A program made the position numbers and the translations under genes. This document shows, in pieces, positions 11,831 to 27,291 of a stretch of DNA of 64,000 bases (its first letter is position 1; each line of letters begins with the position of its first letter). Under the pieces are notes generated by a model. It saw only the letters and a program-made list of their open reading frames with translations, was not told where the DNA came from and made no database searches. The stretch lies in assembly GCF_009914755.1 (NCBI RefSeq), contig NC_060935.1; one strand, 5' to 3'. The stretch is from the human T2T-CHM13v2.0 reference genome, Homo sapiens.

Positions 11831-14800
11831 TTCCTAGAAGAGATCTATGGGGGTTTTGATAGATGCCAAATTGAGCACAGGAAGAATATAAGGATCAAAA
11901 TGTTTGCTGTTATAATTGAACTGCAGAACATGACATGACTCAGGGGCAGAATGGACTTTAGACAGCTTCTCCTCTGAATTCAAATTGTATTCCCATTCAC
12001 ACATAAGACAGGAGAAGAAAATGCTGGCTCCTGCTGTGAGAAACTCCCAGTGGACTTATTTCATGGACCATCAAAAATAATTTCAGGTTGAAAAATAGGA
12101 TGATACTAAAAGATACACTCTAAAGTAGGCTAAACTATCATTTTTTCCCACAGATTTAATAATTAGATAAATACAAGTGAGAAAGCAAGAAATAAAAATA
12201 GAAGTGCTCTTCCCAATGTTACCAAGAGGATGGAAGTTTTCATTATTTTAACCAAGGTACAAATTCAAGGAAAGAGAATAAAACACCCTAAGCCCTGACC
12301 AACATTGTATATTTTAGAACTGATTACAATTTCAGTAACACAAAAGGCATAGATTATGTCAGTGAGTTGATAAAGGGAACCAACTACTCTTATTTTATAA
12401 AATATGATTAAGTTTCTTTGATTAAAGGAAACCTGATTGAAATTATAAACATAAAATCTAAAAGGAGGATGTAATATTTGTGCATGTAACTCTCTTTCTA
12501 GGAAGCAGGTTTGCTCATGAATTCAAACAATTTACTGTAAAAAAAAAAAGCTTTAGTTTCAGAATATAAAACAATACTAATTAGTGAGTGTGATAACAGG
12601 AAAGAGAGAACAAGGAAGGGAAGAAAGAAGGAAGGAGAGAGGGGTCAGTTGATCTGCAGAATCAATAGGTATTTTTAAAATATAAGTATCTTAGTGGTTA
12701 AAGGGAGGTTAAACATAGGCAAGAAAATTAGGCGTATTTAAAGCCAACTGCTATTCAAGATGGAAATAAGAGAGTGGATCCTAATTGAACTGTCACTGGG
12801 TTACTGAGAGCCAAAGTTATTAAATGGAGGAAAATCGGTAGGAATTTAAAAATCAAATTGCATGTTTTTTTCCTGAGGAAAACTCATAACCAGGAAGATA
12901 TTGAAAATTTGCCCTCTTAAAACTAAGGAATTAATAATAGAAATAACTGAGATGGCTGGAATGGCAACATTCTATTGCTACAGAAAACTTTGTCAAATTT
13001 GAAAGGAAAGATTAAATTAAACATATCACACCTTATCAGATGAAATTCAAGGTGATTGTTATTTCTGCTAGTGTTTAGGGTAAGGCAATTACACAAAATT
13101 CATCTCCAGCCCTTATATCAAATTAAATATCTAAGGAAAACTCAGGGAAGATGAGCCATATGAAATAAAAAGCTTTACTGAGAAATAGGAATCAACGAAG
13201 ATACTTCCTGGGTGGAATGACGGTACTTAAGGAGAGGGAGGTGAGCCAAATTTGTTTGAACAGATGAACTCTCATTTACTTCATTTTTCTTGCACTAGAG
13301 AATACTCATAAATCTGAATGTGAGAAAAGTACATTATCCAAACAAATAGCTTGGCCTTAAGGAAAACAAACAAACAAAATGCAAAATGAATGAAGGCGCA
13401 CTACTCTAATTCAATCGGTAATGATAATGCTGCATGAAGTAAGAGAGTCAGCATAAACAGCAGGCTAAAATGTTAGAAACTAAATAGAGCTACCAGAATA
13501 GGAGTAGAGGGTAAAAATAGAGAGAAATGAAAAAATAGGGCCACATTCCATGGCTGCAGGAAAATATGTGGCAGAAAGCACTGCTTTTAATGACCTCAAG
13601 GTAGTAGTACTGGTTACAGAAAGAAACTATATTGGTCTTCATTGGGCCCCTTCAGAATAAACAAAAATTTGGAGTTGTAGAATGTGGAGATTACAAGCTA
13701 AGATATATTGACATTCCAGACATCTCAGTTATTCTCCACATTCTGCACCTCCAAAGTTCTTGTTTAGTCTTAAGGGGCCCAGTGAAGACGAATATAGTTT
13801 ATTTCAGTAATCAATACTACCTTGATGTCATTAAATGCATTGCTTTCTGCCACATGTTTCTGCCACATTGCTTTCTGCCATATATACGTATATATATATG
13901 ATTGGTAGGAGTTACAATTATTAGAGAGAACACTCATTAATTTTAGAATTAAAACAGATTAAGACAAGGAACAAATAACAAAATGGTGCTTCTAGTTGTT
14001 AAGCAAATGTATGTTCAGATAAACCATTTCTAATATAGCATCTCTAAAAAAGCAACATATAATAGGAAACATTGCTTTTCAAATGCATGCCTAAGATGGC
14101 ATTCCAAGAAAGGCAAATTTCACAAAATAGATTTCCTCTAGGGGTGCAAGCTAAAACTGCATCCAGATTTTGGCTTCGGGGCCTTCGCTGATCCTAGAGT
14201 CTGAGTGTTTCCAAAAGACACTTTAACACAGTGATGGACACTTACTGTGGATGAGCCACTGAACCCAGGCTGCTTATAATGCAGGCAGGAGAGTCTGTGC
14301 CTTTAGGTAGAAAGACACAAAATCTGAGGCTAAAAAGATGGTGGTCAGATTTGAGGCAACTAAAATAAAATTTGAGGCAACTAAAATAAAGCAGAGATGG
14401 ATAATACAGTGACATCCATAGTGGGTATAATAGAGAAGAAGGAGAAGGCAAGAAGGAAAAGTAAAAGAGGAGAGGGAGAGGGGGAGAGCTACCTGAAGGT
14501 TCCTAAACTCAGACCTCCCGTCAAGTAGGTTTCAGTCTAGAATTCATGTCATCTTTGTACCCTCCCTTTCTTCCATTAAAAACAAAACAAAAAAAAAACA
14601 ACAAAAACAAAAACAACTTAGTTTCCTGCAGAAAATTAAGTTAACCTTGCATGGATAGTCAATGTTGTAGAAGCACAACAGAAACAAATATGCTTTCTCT
14701 CTAATATAATTCCACAGAAATGATATTACAGAAAAATTTCATTAAACCCTGAAATAAATAAGTCATGAGAGACAGCAAAACCAAAACACTGTTGAACCAG

Positions 14801-14851
14801 ACCGGCAAAATGGGTGACTTTACCTCATCAGTTATCAAACTTAAATACATT

Positions 14852-15186
<335 letters not shown>

Positions 15187-15230
15187 TTATGAAATAATAT
15201 GAAATCATTACAATTGAAGAGAAATATAAA

Positions 15231-15304
15231 GCCGGGCATGGTGGCTCATGCCTGTAATCTCAGCTCTTTGGGAGGCTGAAACAGATGGATCACTTGAGCT
15301 CAGG
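15231..15304 (+). mobile_element. Alu left-arm 5' fragment
   Basis: gccgggcatggtggctcatgcctgtaatc...gatcacttgagctcagg, then an abrupt end. Confidence 0.85.
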
Positions 15305-15479
15305 CTAGACTTATAGATGAATACAACAAAATAGAGAACCAAAAATGCAAAAAAAGATACTTCTGAATTGTGCTCTTCAAAAAGAAGGGGAATGACTCAA
15401 GAAAAAAGGTTTTAGGTAAAATCTTTGACAATAATATGTGATTTGGAAAATTAGATGTATAGTATATAGTAGTTTTGAA

Positions 15480-17450
15480 AAATATCCCAGCAATATTTTT
15501 GGTCCTTTATGCTTTTTGAGAATTTTGCCACTTCCTAATCAAGAGATAGTACCTATAATACCTATTTATAATGCCAATTTCTCTTTGTATGGCACGTGGA
15601 CAAGCCTTATGACTGCTTCAACAATTACAATGTGATGGAAATGATGTTTTTTATGCCTTTTGATATTAGGGTGTAAAAACTGATGTAGTTTCTGTCTGGC
15701 TTTGAAGAGACTATAGAAAAAGACCAGATAAAGCCAGAAAGAAGTGTTCAGGAAGTCCCAGTTTTTCCTGTCCTCAATTGTTTGATTTTCTAAGTTTTAG
15801 GCAATTGATGGGTAATTCAGAGAGGCTTCAGAAGATTTAAGGCACGGCCATGGTCTCACTGCAACTGCCTGAGAGAATTTAAGCAAAAATCACCTAGCTA
15901 AACCAACCAGTTCTTAGAACTATGACGAGTAATAAATACGTATTTGTTTTGCCACTAAGTTCTGTGGTGGTATGTTACACAGCAATAATAACTGGAAAAT
16001 ATCTTGATATCTGACAGAGGAGTAATGCCATAACAAAAACATAAACATGTAGAAGTAATGTTAGGACAAGGAAGCAGAGAAAAATTAGAAGGGCCTTGAA
16101 GAAACTAGTAGCAAAAGCTTGATGACCCTCGAGGAAGCTGTCAATGGAAGCTTAAAGAAAACTGAGGAAAAAGGTACTAGAAACTATTGGAAATAGATTC
16201 TTGTCCTACAGAGACAAAATGTTTAGCTACCCTGTTACCTGCAGTGACAGGGAAAATAGAATAGAAATGTACCTATTAACCTAAGTGGTCTACCTAAAGA
16301 GATGCTCAGGCAGACTGTTGAAGGTGTTGGTTGTCTTCTTGTATGTCTGTAATAAAATATGAGAGAGGAGAAATAAACTAGTGAGATAGCTGCTAATTTC
16401 AAAGGTGCAAGAATCTTCATAAGTCTAATATAAAACTGATTATTATTTTGATTATCTTATTCTTGATGGTAAAATTGATAAATGGTATCTGGCCAGAAAT
16501 AAAATCCAGAGTGTTGTCAAGAGAAATGGTTTAGGCCGGGCGTGGTGGCTCACGACTGTAATTCCAGCACTTTTGGAGGCCAAGGCAGGTGGGTCACGAG
16601 GTCAGGAGATCGAGACCATCCTGGCTAACATGGTGAAACCCTGTCTCTACTAAAAATACAAAAAATTAGCCGGGTGCGGTGGCGGGCGCTGGGAGGCTAA
16701 GACAGGAGAATGGTGTGAACCCGGGAGGCGGAGCTTGTAGTGAGCCAAGATGGCGCCACTGCACTCCAGCCTGGGCAACAGAGCAAGACTCCGTCCCAAA
16801 AAAAAAAAAAAACAAAAAACCAAAAAAACAGAAATGGTTTAAATATGGTGTGGGACAAGTATACAACTATATAATCTTTTGTTAATATCTCATAAAGATT
16901 TAAACAAGTGGCACAAACAGACACATCTCCATCTCAGGATCTTATGGGCATGTCTTGCAAATATTCTCTCTTAAAACCATAGAAATATACAAGTCTTAAG
17001 GACATTGTTTTATAGCAACTTTATATAAAACCTAAGACTGAAAAGGCTTACTTTGAAGAGATTTGTGGATGTCTAATTGAGAGAATCACAATGTTCATGG
17101 GAATCACCTTTTTTAAAAAAATTGTATTGGCAAAACAGCAACAAGTAGAACAAAAAATGACAGAGGAAGTATAAAAGTCAGAAAACACTTTTGAACCCTA
17201 GGTTTATTTTTGGCAAGAACTGGCTCAGCTTCATACTCTTGTTCATACTCTTGCTATTTTTTATGGAAAAGAAAGGATGGCTCAGTGAGAAGAACCCGGA
17301 ATCCATAGAGTGAAGCCAAGAACCATTACAAATCATTCCCAAGTATGAGTCTGAGCTCTAATTAAGAAAATGTTTAAATGATGCATTTGAAATTACTATA
17401 CATGAGTGACTTCTAGTACTGCTTTTCTTTTTTCTATTTTGAGTAGAATG
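15480..17450 (+). mobile_element. Old MLT1-type LTR (to ~15997) followed by MLT1 internal sequence
   Basis: LTR end gccactaagttctgtggtggtatgttacacagcaata; internal start gccataacaaaaacataaacatgtagaag. Confidence 0.6.
16534..16829 (+). mobile_element. AluY with internal deletion
   Basis: Y diagnostics (gagatcgagaccatcctggctaac, ggcggagcttg); TSD agaaatggttta at 16522-16533 and 16830-16841. Confidence 0.95.
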
Positions 17451-17474
17451 GTCTATACTTGTTATGACTGTTCT

Positions 17475-17585
17475 ATTATGTGTCTGTTTTTATGCCAATA
17501 TTATGCTCTTTCGGTTACAACTGCTATGTAGCATAGTTTGAAGTCACATAATGTAATGTCTCCAGCTTTGTTCCTTTTGCTAAGT
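17475..17585 (-). mobile_element. Antisense L1 ORF2 fragment
   Basis: tagtttgaagtc...ctccagctttgttccttttgct is the reverse complement of L1 ORF2. Confidence 0.8.
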
Positions 17586-17893
17586 GATCTAAAGACCAGT
17601 GCACAAAAAATAACTTATTTTTGCCCTGCAGATAGCCCCTACGTACAATAGCAGGTGTATAGCGAGAGGAAATGAAATCAGTATGTTGAAGAGATATCTG
17701 CACTCTCATCTTCATTGCAGCACTATTTACAATAGCAAAGATATGAAATCAACCCATGTTCCTTAACAAATACATGGATTTGAAAAGATAGAATATATTT
17801 AGGATGAAATAATAAAATTCTACCACTTGTGACAGCATGAATGAATCTTGAGGATGCTACGATAAGTGAAATAAATCAAGCAGAGAGGGACAC

Positions 17894-20633
<2,740 letters not shown>

Positions 20634-21061
20634 GACACCTACAGCATGAACTCACTAATGTAAAATCTAAAAGTGTGCATCTCATAAAAGTAGAGAGTTG
20701 AATATTGGTTACCACAGGCTGAGGAAGGTAAGGAGCACTGGGGGTTGGGGATAGGTTAGTCAATAGTCAACCAGTACAAACTTACAGCTAGATTAGGAGG
20801 AATAAGTTCTGATGTCCTATTAACAGCAGGATGACTATAGTTTACAATAATGTAGTAGGTATTTCAAAACAGCTAGAAGAGAGGATTTTGAGTATTCTCA
20901 TCACAAAGAAATGACAAATATTTGAAGTAATGAATGAGCTAATTACTCTGATTTGACTATACAATGTATATGCATGTATCAAAACATCACAGTATACACC
21001 ACGAATATGTAAAGTTATTATGTGTCAATTAAAAACAAAATGAAACTTAAAAAAAAAGAAC

Positions 21062-22128
21062 TATTGATCGAAATGTAAAAACTAACACTTTATTCAACAC
21101 TGAAGCTCAAGTGGCAAAATTAAAAATAGGTAAGTTTCATTTCATGAAAATAACAGACTTTTGTGCATCAAAGAACATTGTCAAAGAGCAAAAAGATTGC
21201 CCAAAGAATAGGACAAACTGTTTGCCAATCATATATCCAAATAGATATTTGTACCTCAGGTATATGAAAAACTATTCCAAGTAGGTTAGATCAGTAACCC
21301 ATTTTAACATATGAACAAGGCATATTTACAGAAATTTCTTCCAAGAAGGTATAAAAATGACGAATATGCACATGAAATGATATGTATTGTCATTATCCAT
21401 TTGGGAAATGCAATACCACATCACACTTATTAGAATGACTATAATAGAAAAGAAAATAACAAGTGTTGACAAAGATATGGAGAAACTGAAAGCCTTATTC
21501 ATTCCTGTCTGGAATGTAAAACAGTGCAGTCTTTATGGAAAATAATTCGGAGGTTCTTTAAATTGTTAAAGATAGGGCTCCCATATGACCCAGCCATTCC
21601 ACTCTTAGGTATATAGCCAAGAATAAGGAAATACTATGTCCACAAACATACTTGGACAAAAATTTCTATAGCAATGTTATTTATATGAGCCCAAAAGTCG
21701 AAAAATACACATCTCCATCAACTGATGAATGCATAAATAAAATGTAGTGTATCCTTACAATGTAATATGATTTTGCAGTACAACAGAATGAAGTATTCAT
21801 ACATGCTGTGACAGATAAACCTTGAAAACATGCTAAATGAAAGAATCCACAGGCTATATGATTCCATTTATATTAGTTGTCCAAAACAGGCAAATTTGTA
21901 GAGACAAAGAAGGTTCATAGTATCCCAGGGCTGGTAGCAGAGTGGTTATGGGAGAAATTGGGGAATCACAGCTAATGGTTACGGGGTTTCTCTTTGCTGA
22001 GATTAAAGTGATCTAAAATTGATTGTGGTGATGATGTGTGAATATACTGGAAACTATTGAATTCTGTACTTTAAATAAGTAGGGTTTTTTTGCTATGTTA
22101 ATTATATGTCAATAGAGATTTTTAAAAC
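21062..22128 (+). mobile_element. L1M (MB/MC-like) ORF2 end and 3'UTR
   Basis: ttttgtgcatcaaagaac, ccatatgacccagccattccactcttagg, attatatgtcaata end. Confidence 0.8.
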
Positions 22129-23254
22129 GTCAAAAAATTAAACTCTGATGGTGTCAATTCATTAAGCTTGTTGAAGGATGCAGGTTCTTTAAACATTTTA
22201 TAAATGTTTAATTTACATTTGTTGATATGTACAGCATTCCATAATTAGAATATGAAAACATTGTAAAAGTAGAAATCCTGAGCAAAACAAAAATCTAAGT
22301 TAAAAAAATAAAAGATAAGTACTACCTATCTCTTTTGAGTAGAGTAGGTGGGCTGCTTACCCAAGAGAGATAAATCCTTATATATCATGCCAGGCAGTCA
22401 ACATACAATATCTAAAGCTCCAACACAAATCATTTAAGAAATAACATTATCACAATTCTATGAAAGAAATAGCTATAATCTGCACGAAGGTGGAGGCCAT
22501 TGAAATAGAAAGGGATGTGGTGGTAAGAAGTAGGGCAGAAGTTTTCATAAGCTCTTTTGCATAATTTAAATATTTAATTTTCATTGTATTACTCTAGAGC
22601 TACTATAGAGAATAAATATTAATTTTGAAAGGGGCAAGTAAAAATTAATGTACATAAAAAAGGGGATTTCAATAAAATATGAGTGTGGGTTTGAGCATAG
22701 CAATTTTTAGAATTCGAGAAAATAAGATTGTCTCAAGTACTATTTTGTCAAAGGAGGCTCTCTGAATAATTGGATTGTTTACCTAAATACGGTAAACATA
22801 TGGCACAACAATCAATTTCTCATTCAAAATTTTCTATTTAGTTTAGTTTCGTAAGTTAAAATTACAAAAAGTTGGAATTCTAAAATGTATCAAAGGCTTA
22901 TTATCTGATATCTTGGCTAGGATTATATAAGAAATTCTATTTCTAGCCTTATGATTTTGCTGAATATGTTCTACTCTCAGATACATCAAGCCTACATACA
23001 ATACTTGATAGTCAAAACATAGTAGGGTAATTCTAAATTACTGTATGTTAGAAGTTATGGAAACATCATTTTCTTGGGAAAACTGTATTAGGGATTAAAG
23101 ATTTGCCTGTTTGTGTCTGGCTTTTCTTTTAATAAAAATATCTTATTGTGACAAGAGTCATTTAAAAGGTGAGAGAAACTTTTACATACAATGGAAATTC
23201 TTGGATTAGAACATAGCATGTATGAAAGAGAATTGTTTAAAATCTGTTGGGAAA

Positions 23255-23390
23255 ATAATGGATTTTTTAATATTCAGTGCTAATTGAGATTATCATGTGG
23301 TTTATTTTATTCTATTAATATCATGTGTTACATTAATTAAGCTTTAGATGTAAAACATACCTCTTATTCCTAGAATAAACTTCTAGGAAT
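23255..23390 (-). mobile_element. Antisense L1M fragment
   Basis: attgagattatcatgtggttt...cattaatt resembles antisense L1 RT region. Confidence 0.5.
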
Positions 23391-23409
23391 AAACTTCTAG
23401 GAATAAGAA

Positions 23410-23675
23410 GCAGAAAGATGCAATGTTTCTGGCTTTGAGATGTAGGAAGGGGACTGCTAGCTGACAAATGTGGGCATCTTCTAGAAGCTGGAAAAGGTAA
23501 GTAAATGGGTTTTGTCTTACACTGTCCAAAAAGGAACTCAGCCATGCTGGCACCATGATTTTACTTCATGAAACTTTTGTCAGACTTTCGACCTGAAAAG
23601 CAGTAAGATTAAAAATTCATGTTGTTTTTAGCCAGTAAGTTTGTGCTAATATGTTACAGAAGCATAGAAAATTAA
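23410..23675 (+). mobile_element. MLT1 (C/D-like) LTR 3' part
   Basis: ctagaagctggaaaagg, cagccatgctggcacc, gttacagaagcatagaaaa. Confidence 0.75.
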
Positions 23676-23682
23676 GAAAATA

Positions 23683-23971
23683 GGCTGAGTGTGGTGGTTC
23701 ATGCCTGCAATTTAGCACTTTGGGAGGCCAAGACGGGAGGATTGCTTGAGCTCAGGAGTTTGAGAACAGCATGAGAATAGCAAGACCTTGTCTCTACAAA
23801 AAAAGATTTAAAAATTAGCTGGGCATGGTGGCATGTGTCTGTAGCCTCAGCTATTCAGGAGGCTGAGGTGGGAGGATCCCTTGAGCTTAGGAGGTCAAGG
23901 CTGCAGAAAGCAGTAAATGCACCACTGCACTCCAGTCTCGGTGACAGGCAGAACCTGACTCAAAAAGAGGA
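23683..23971 (+). mobile_element. AluJ
   Basis: ggaggattgcttgagc and gaggtcaaggctgcag; imperfect TSD aagaaaata/aagacaata. Confidence 0.92.
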
Positions 23972-24519
23972 AAGACAATATTTCTGAGATATTCCCCAGG
24001 AAATGGCAATGATATAGTTATAATACCCCTATATAAGGGGAAATAAAGTGATAAAAACTGTCATGCCTAAATGCAGCATTTTTTTCATGGCAATTTAGAT
24101 GAGCCATGGGAATCGAGTTCCCAGTAAGAACTGGGAAATTGATAATGGTCTTTATGCGTGATTACCTTGAAAAGTGTAACTGCAAGCACATTACTGTTTA
24201 TACCTTTTTATTTTCTACTTTATTCACTTGGCATTAAGCTTGTATTCTGAGTCTACATAAGGATCAAATCCAAGTTTATCCTCAGCAACTTATAAAGCAC
24301 CATGACATACGCATTTTAAACATTATAATTTAGTAGAGCACTACTTAAGCATTTCTCTCACTTTTCTTTAGCCTGCTACAAGATAATATTATCAAAGATT
24401 AGAAAATCAATGTGCCAAATTTAAGGAATACATATTGCAGTGTACATTTCCAGTAAATATATTATTATAAGAACAATGTTAGGGAGGTACAGAGTAAATC
24501 ACAGTGGTATGTCTCTTAT

Positions 24520-24720
24520 ATTTAAAATAGTTACTGAACTCTTACTTTGTGCTAGACCTTGCATGTACAAAAATGAGTAAGATAAAGTCCTAACCATTAA
24601 GTAAGTCATAAGCTGGTCTAGCAACTTAGAGAAATCTATATAAATGAAATGCATTATGATAGTGTGTATAGAGCATATAAACATACATTGGATGGGAATA
24701 ATAAGGGAGTAGTGTAGGCA
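24520..24720 (-). mobile_element. L2 3' remnant
   Basis: ttactgaactcttactttgtgctagac...aaatgagtaagataaagtcct. Confidence 0.5.
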
Positions 24721-24989
24721 GCAAAAGGAAAGGTGACAAGAACTAAAGCAGGTTAGGTAGTCCAGTTATGAGATAAGGTTATGAATTACCTTGCATCCCT
24801 ATGCCACTAGGCTTCGGCCTTACCAAGAAAGACATATTTCCTGGTGTTGGTAATTTATATGTTGTTCTCAGCATGTGTATCATTTCCACACATCTACTAG
24901 GCAGAAGCTCTTATTCCATGATCTCTCTGTAGGATGTACATAATGGAGCTATCTACTTCTGTCTCATTGTAAATAAAAATCATGGGTTC

Positions 24990-25043
24990 ATATATCACAC
25001 ACATATACACACATGTGCACACACATATGCACACACATACATG
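24990..25043. repeat. Degenerate (CA/TA)n microsatellite
   Basis: cacacacatatacacacatgtgcacacacatatgcacacacatac. Confidence 0.8.
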
Positions 25044-27291
25044 TTGAGTAAAATTTTATTACATGCTTTTATGTGTTTAAGTAACAATTCAGACATTATT
25101 ATTACTCTGGTCCTATTTTACCATTTGCCCAGATATTCACATCTATTTTTTACATTATTGTAATATACGTGTATTTTGTTATCTTCCTAAAGTTATTTTA
25201 TAAATAAAATTGAAAAATATACACACACTGAAAGTGCAGTTCTTGTTCTTCCCACTTGCCACACTCCTTCCCAGGCCAGCTAGTGAAATAGTGATGAGGA
25301 CATAAGGGCTGAAAGTTAGGAAACTGAAACATTGAGATTAACTTTTCTGAGCAAAGATGGCAGACAAACGATGCCCTGGGATTGCTGGAGGAAAGAGATA
25401 GGAAGACATAGACACAGAAGGTTAATTACCTATCCAGATAAATGAAGAAGCCAGGGGCGAGGGCCCATATGTAAGACCCAGGATTATCCATGGTCAGGAG
25501 GAACATTGCTTAGAAGTGAATGACGGTTTCATCACACATACTTACTTCAGCTCTGAGAATAATTGTAAAATTTTCTTAATAAAATTGAATAGAAAAGTGA
25601 ACAAAAAGAAAGCCTGGCCAATATTCGGGATCATAGTCAAAATGTCCAATTACAATAGATCCAGTGAAAGTGTCCAGTTGACCTAAAAATATTAACAGCA
25701 CCATGGAAGCAACAGAAGTGAAAGTGGTAAGGCAGAAAATTGGCTTCAAAAGAGGAAACAATGCTTGTGAAAAAGTGGAGAAAAGATGCCCCCAGGATGT
25801 TGAGAGATGACAGGGTTAAATAGATTATCTGTTATAAATCTGTCAACATTATCCATGGGATCCAGCTAATGACACTATAGTTATTAAATAATTTGTTCCC
25901 CTGAGACACAGAAAATGACCTCATTTTAAAATAAAATGAAAATTGCTGATTGATAAAAATTCTCATATAAGGGAGCTAAAATTAGCAAACCCCTATTTTA
26001 TCAAGACTTTCATATTTATGTTTTCATTTTTCATATATCATTCCCAGAAGATACAACTTAAGTGTAAAAAGTATCGAGGTGTAATTTTAGCATCAATTTT
26101 CACATAGGAAAATAAATGAATTGGGTCTCCAAAGAACACTGCCTCCTGATTTCTGTAAAGTAAATTTTTGTCTTAAAAAAAAAGCCTATAAAAATAATGA
26201 GAGAAGGCCTTAATTCAAACATATATACCCCCCCAAATCTAAACTTACTGTATTTCTCCACATATTATTTTTCTGAAAGTAATTTTGTTCTAGTAAGTCA
26301 AGGTTTACCATCAGCTGCTAGAAATAAAACTCTTGACTTAAATACAATTATATGAAACTTTCTATTGCACCAAAAAAAAAAAAAAAAGCTATAGGCGTGG
26401 GTTCCCTAGTTAAAGTAGTGGTATGAATTCTGAATTCTTACCTCCTATAGGCATAGGATGACCTACTGTCATCCAGTAGGTCACAGGATAAGAACACAGA
26501 TAGGATTTTCAAACCCATCAAGATCCTATTAAAATAAATGTAATAGATTTATGTGGTCTGACATACAAGTACTTGAAACATTTAAAAGAAAAATACATTT
26601 TTCATAAGCATATATATATAATATGTGCTTTAAAAATAACAAGAGTATATGTGAGGGTTTGTGTGTGCATGTGTGCACTGGAAAATGTCTGGAAAAACAT
26701 TAACTACAATGGTAATGGTGACTCAAGAAAGTAATGTACAGAGTTAGTAGGGCACACTTCTGTATTGCTTCAGCTGTTTACAGTGGAAAATTATTTTTAC
26801 AATAAATACATATTTAAAAATGAAAACAATGCTGTCACAGTGATAACTTTAAAATCTAGAATTTCTTGTATTTTTGTTCAATATAAGTGAAACTAAAATA
26901 ACCATCAGGTCTTAGTGAGGAATGTTGTGTAGATTCCAGTCATGCTGAATGCCCTGCCTTTTTGGATAATAGTGTTCAAAACTAGGTTCAGCTCTGTTTG
27001 ACCTAAGAGATGAGTCTTTTGGTGCTGATGACAACTTCTAAGATCAATCGTAATCATTTTTCTCATGTGGAAAACAGTATCCTTCAGACATACGTGAATT
27101 ACACGAACAGCTGCAATTTGTTGCTGTCAGCCCTCATCAAACATTTTCCAGAACAATATCTTTCTCTCTGCCACTTTAGGATGAGCTTACTAACGACAAG
27201 ATAAGTAACAGATAAAATAGTAAATTTAAGAAAAAGTTAATAGAACATATTTAAGTAAGAGTTGGAATGTTATAAAAATGCTTTTGTGGTT

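Noticed and set aside
13839-13880. Repeated tttctgcca units, plus similar short repeats at 17230, 23371, 55391 and 60433
   Set aside because: Ordinary slippage duplications; no repeat-spacer or CRISPR-like organisation
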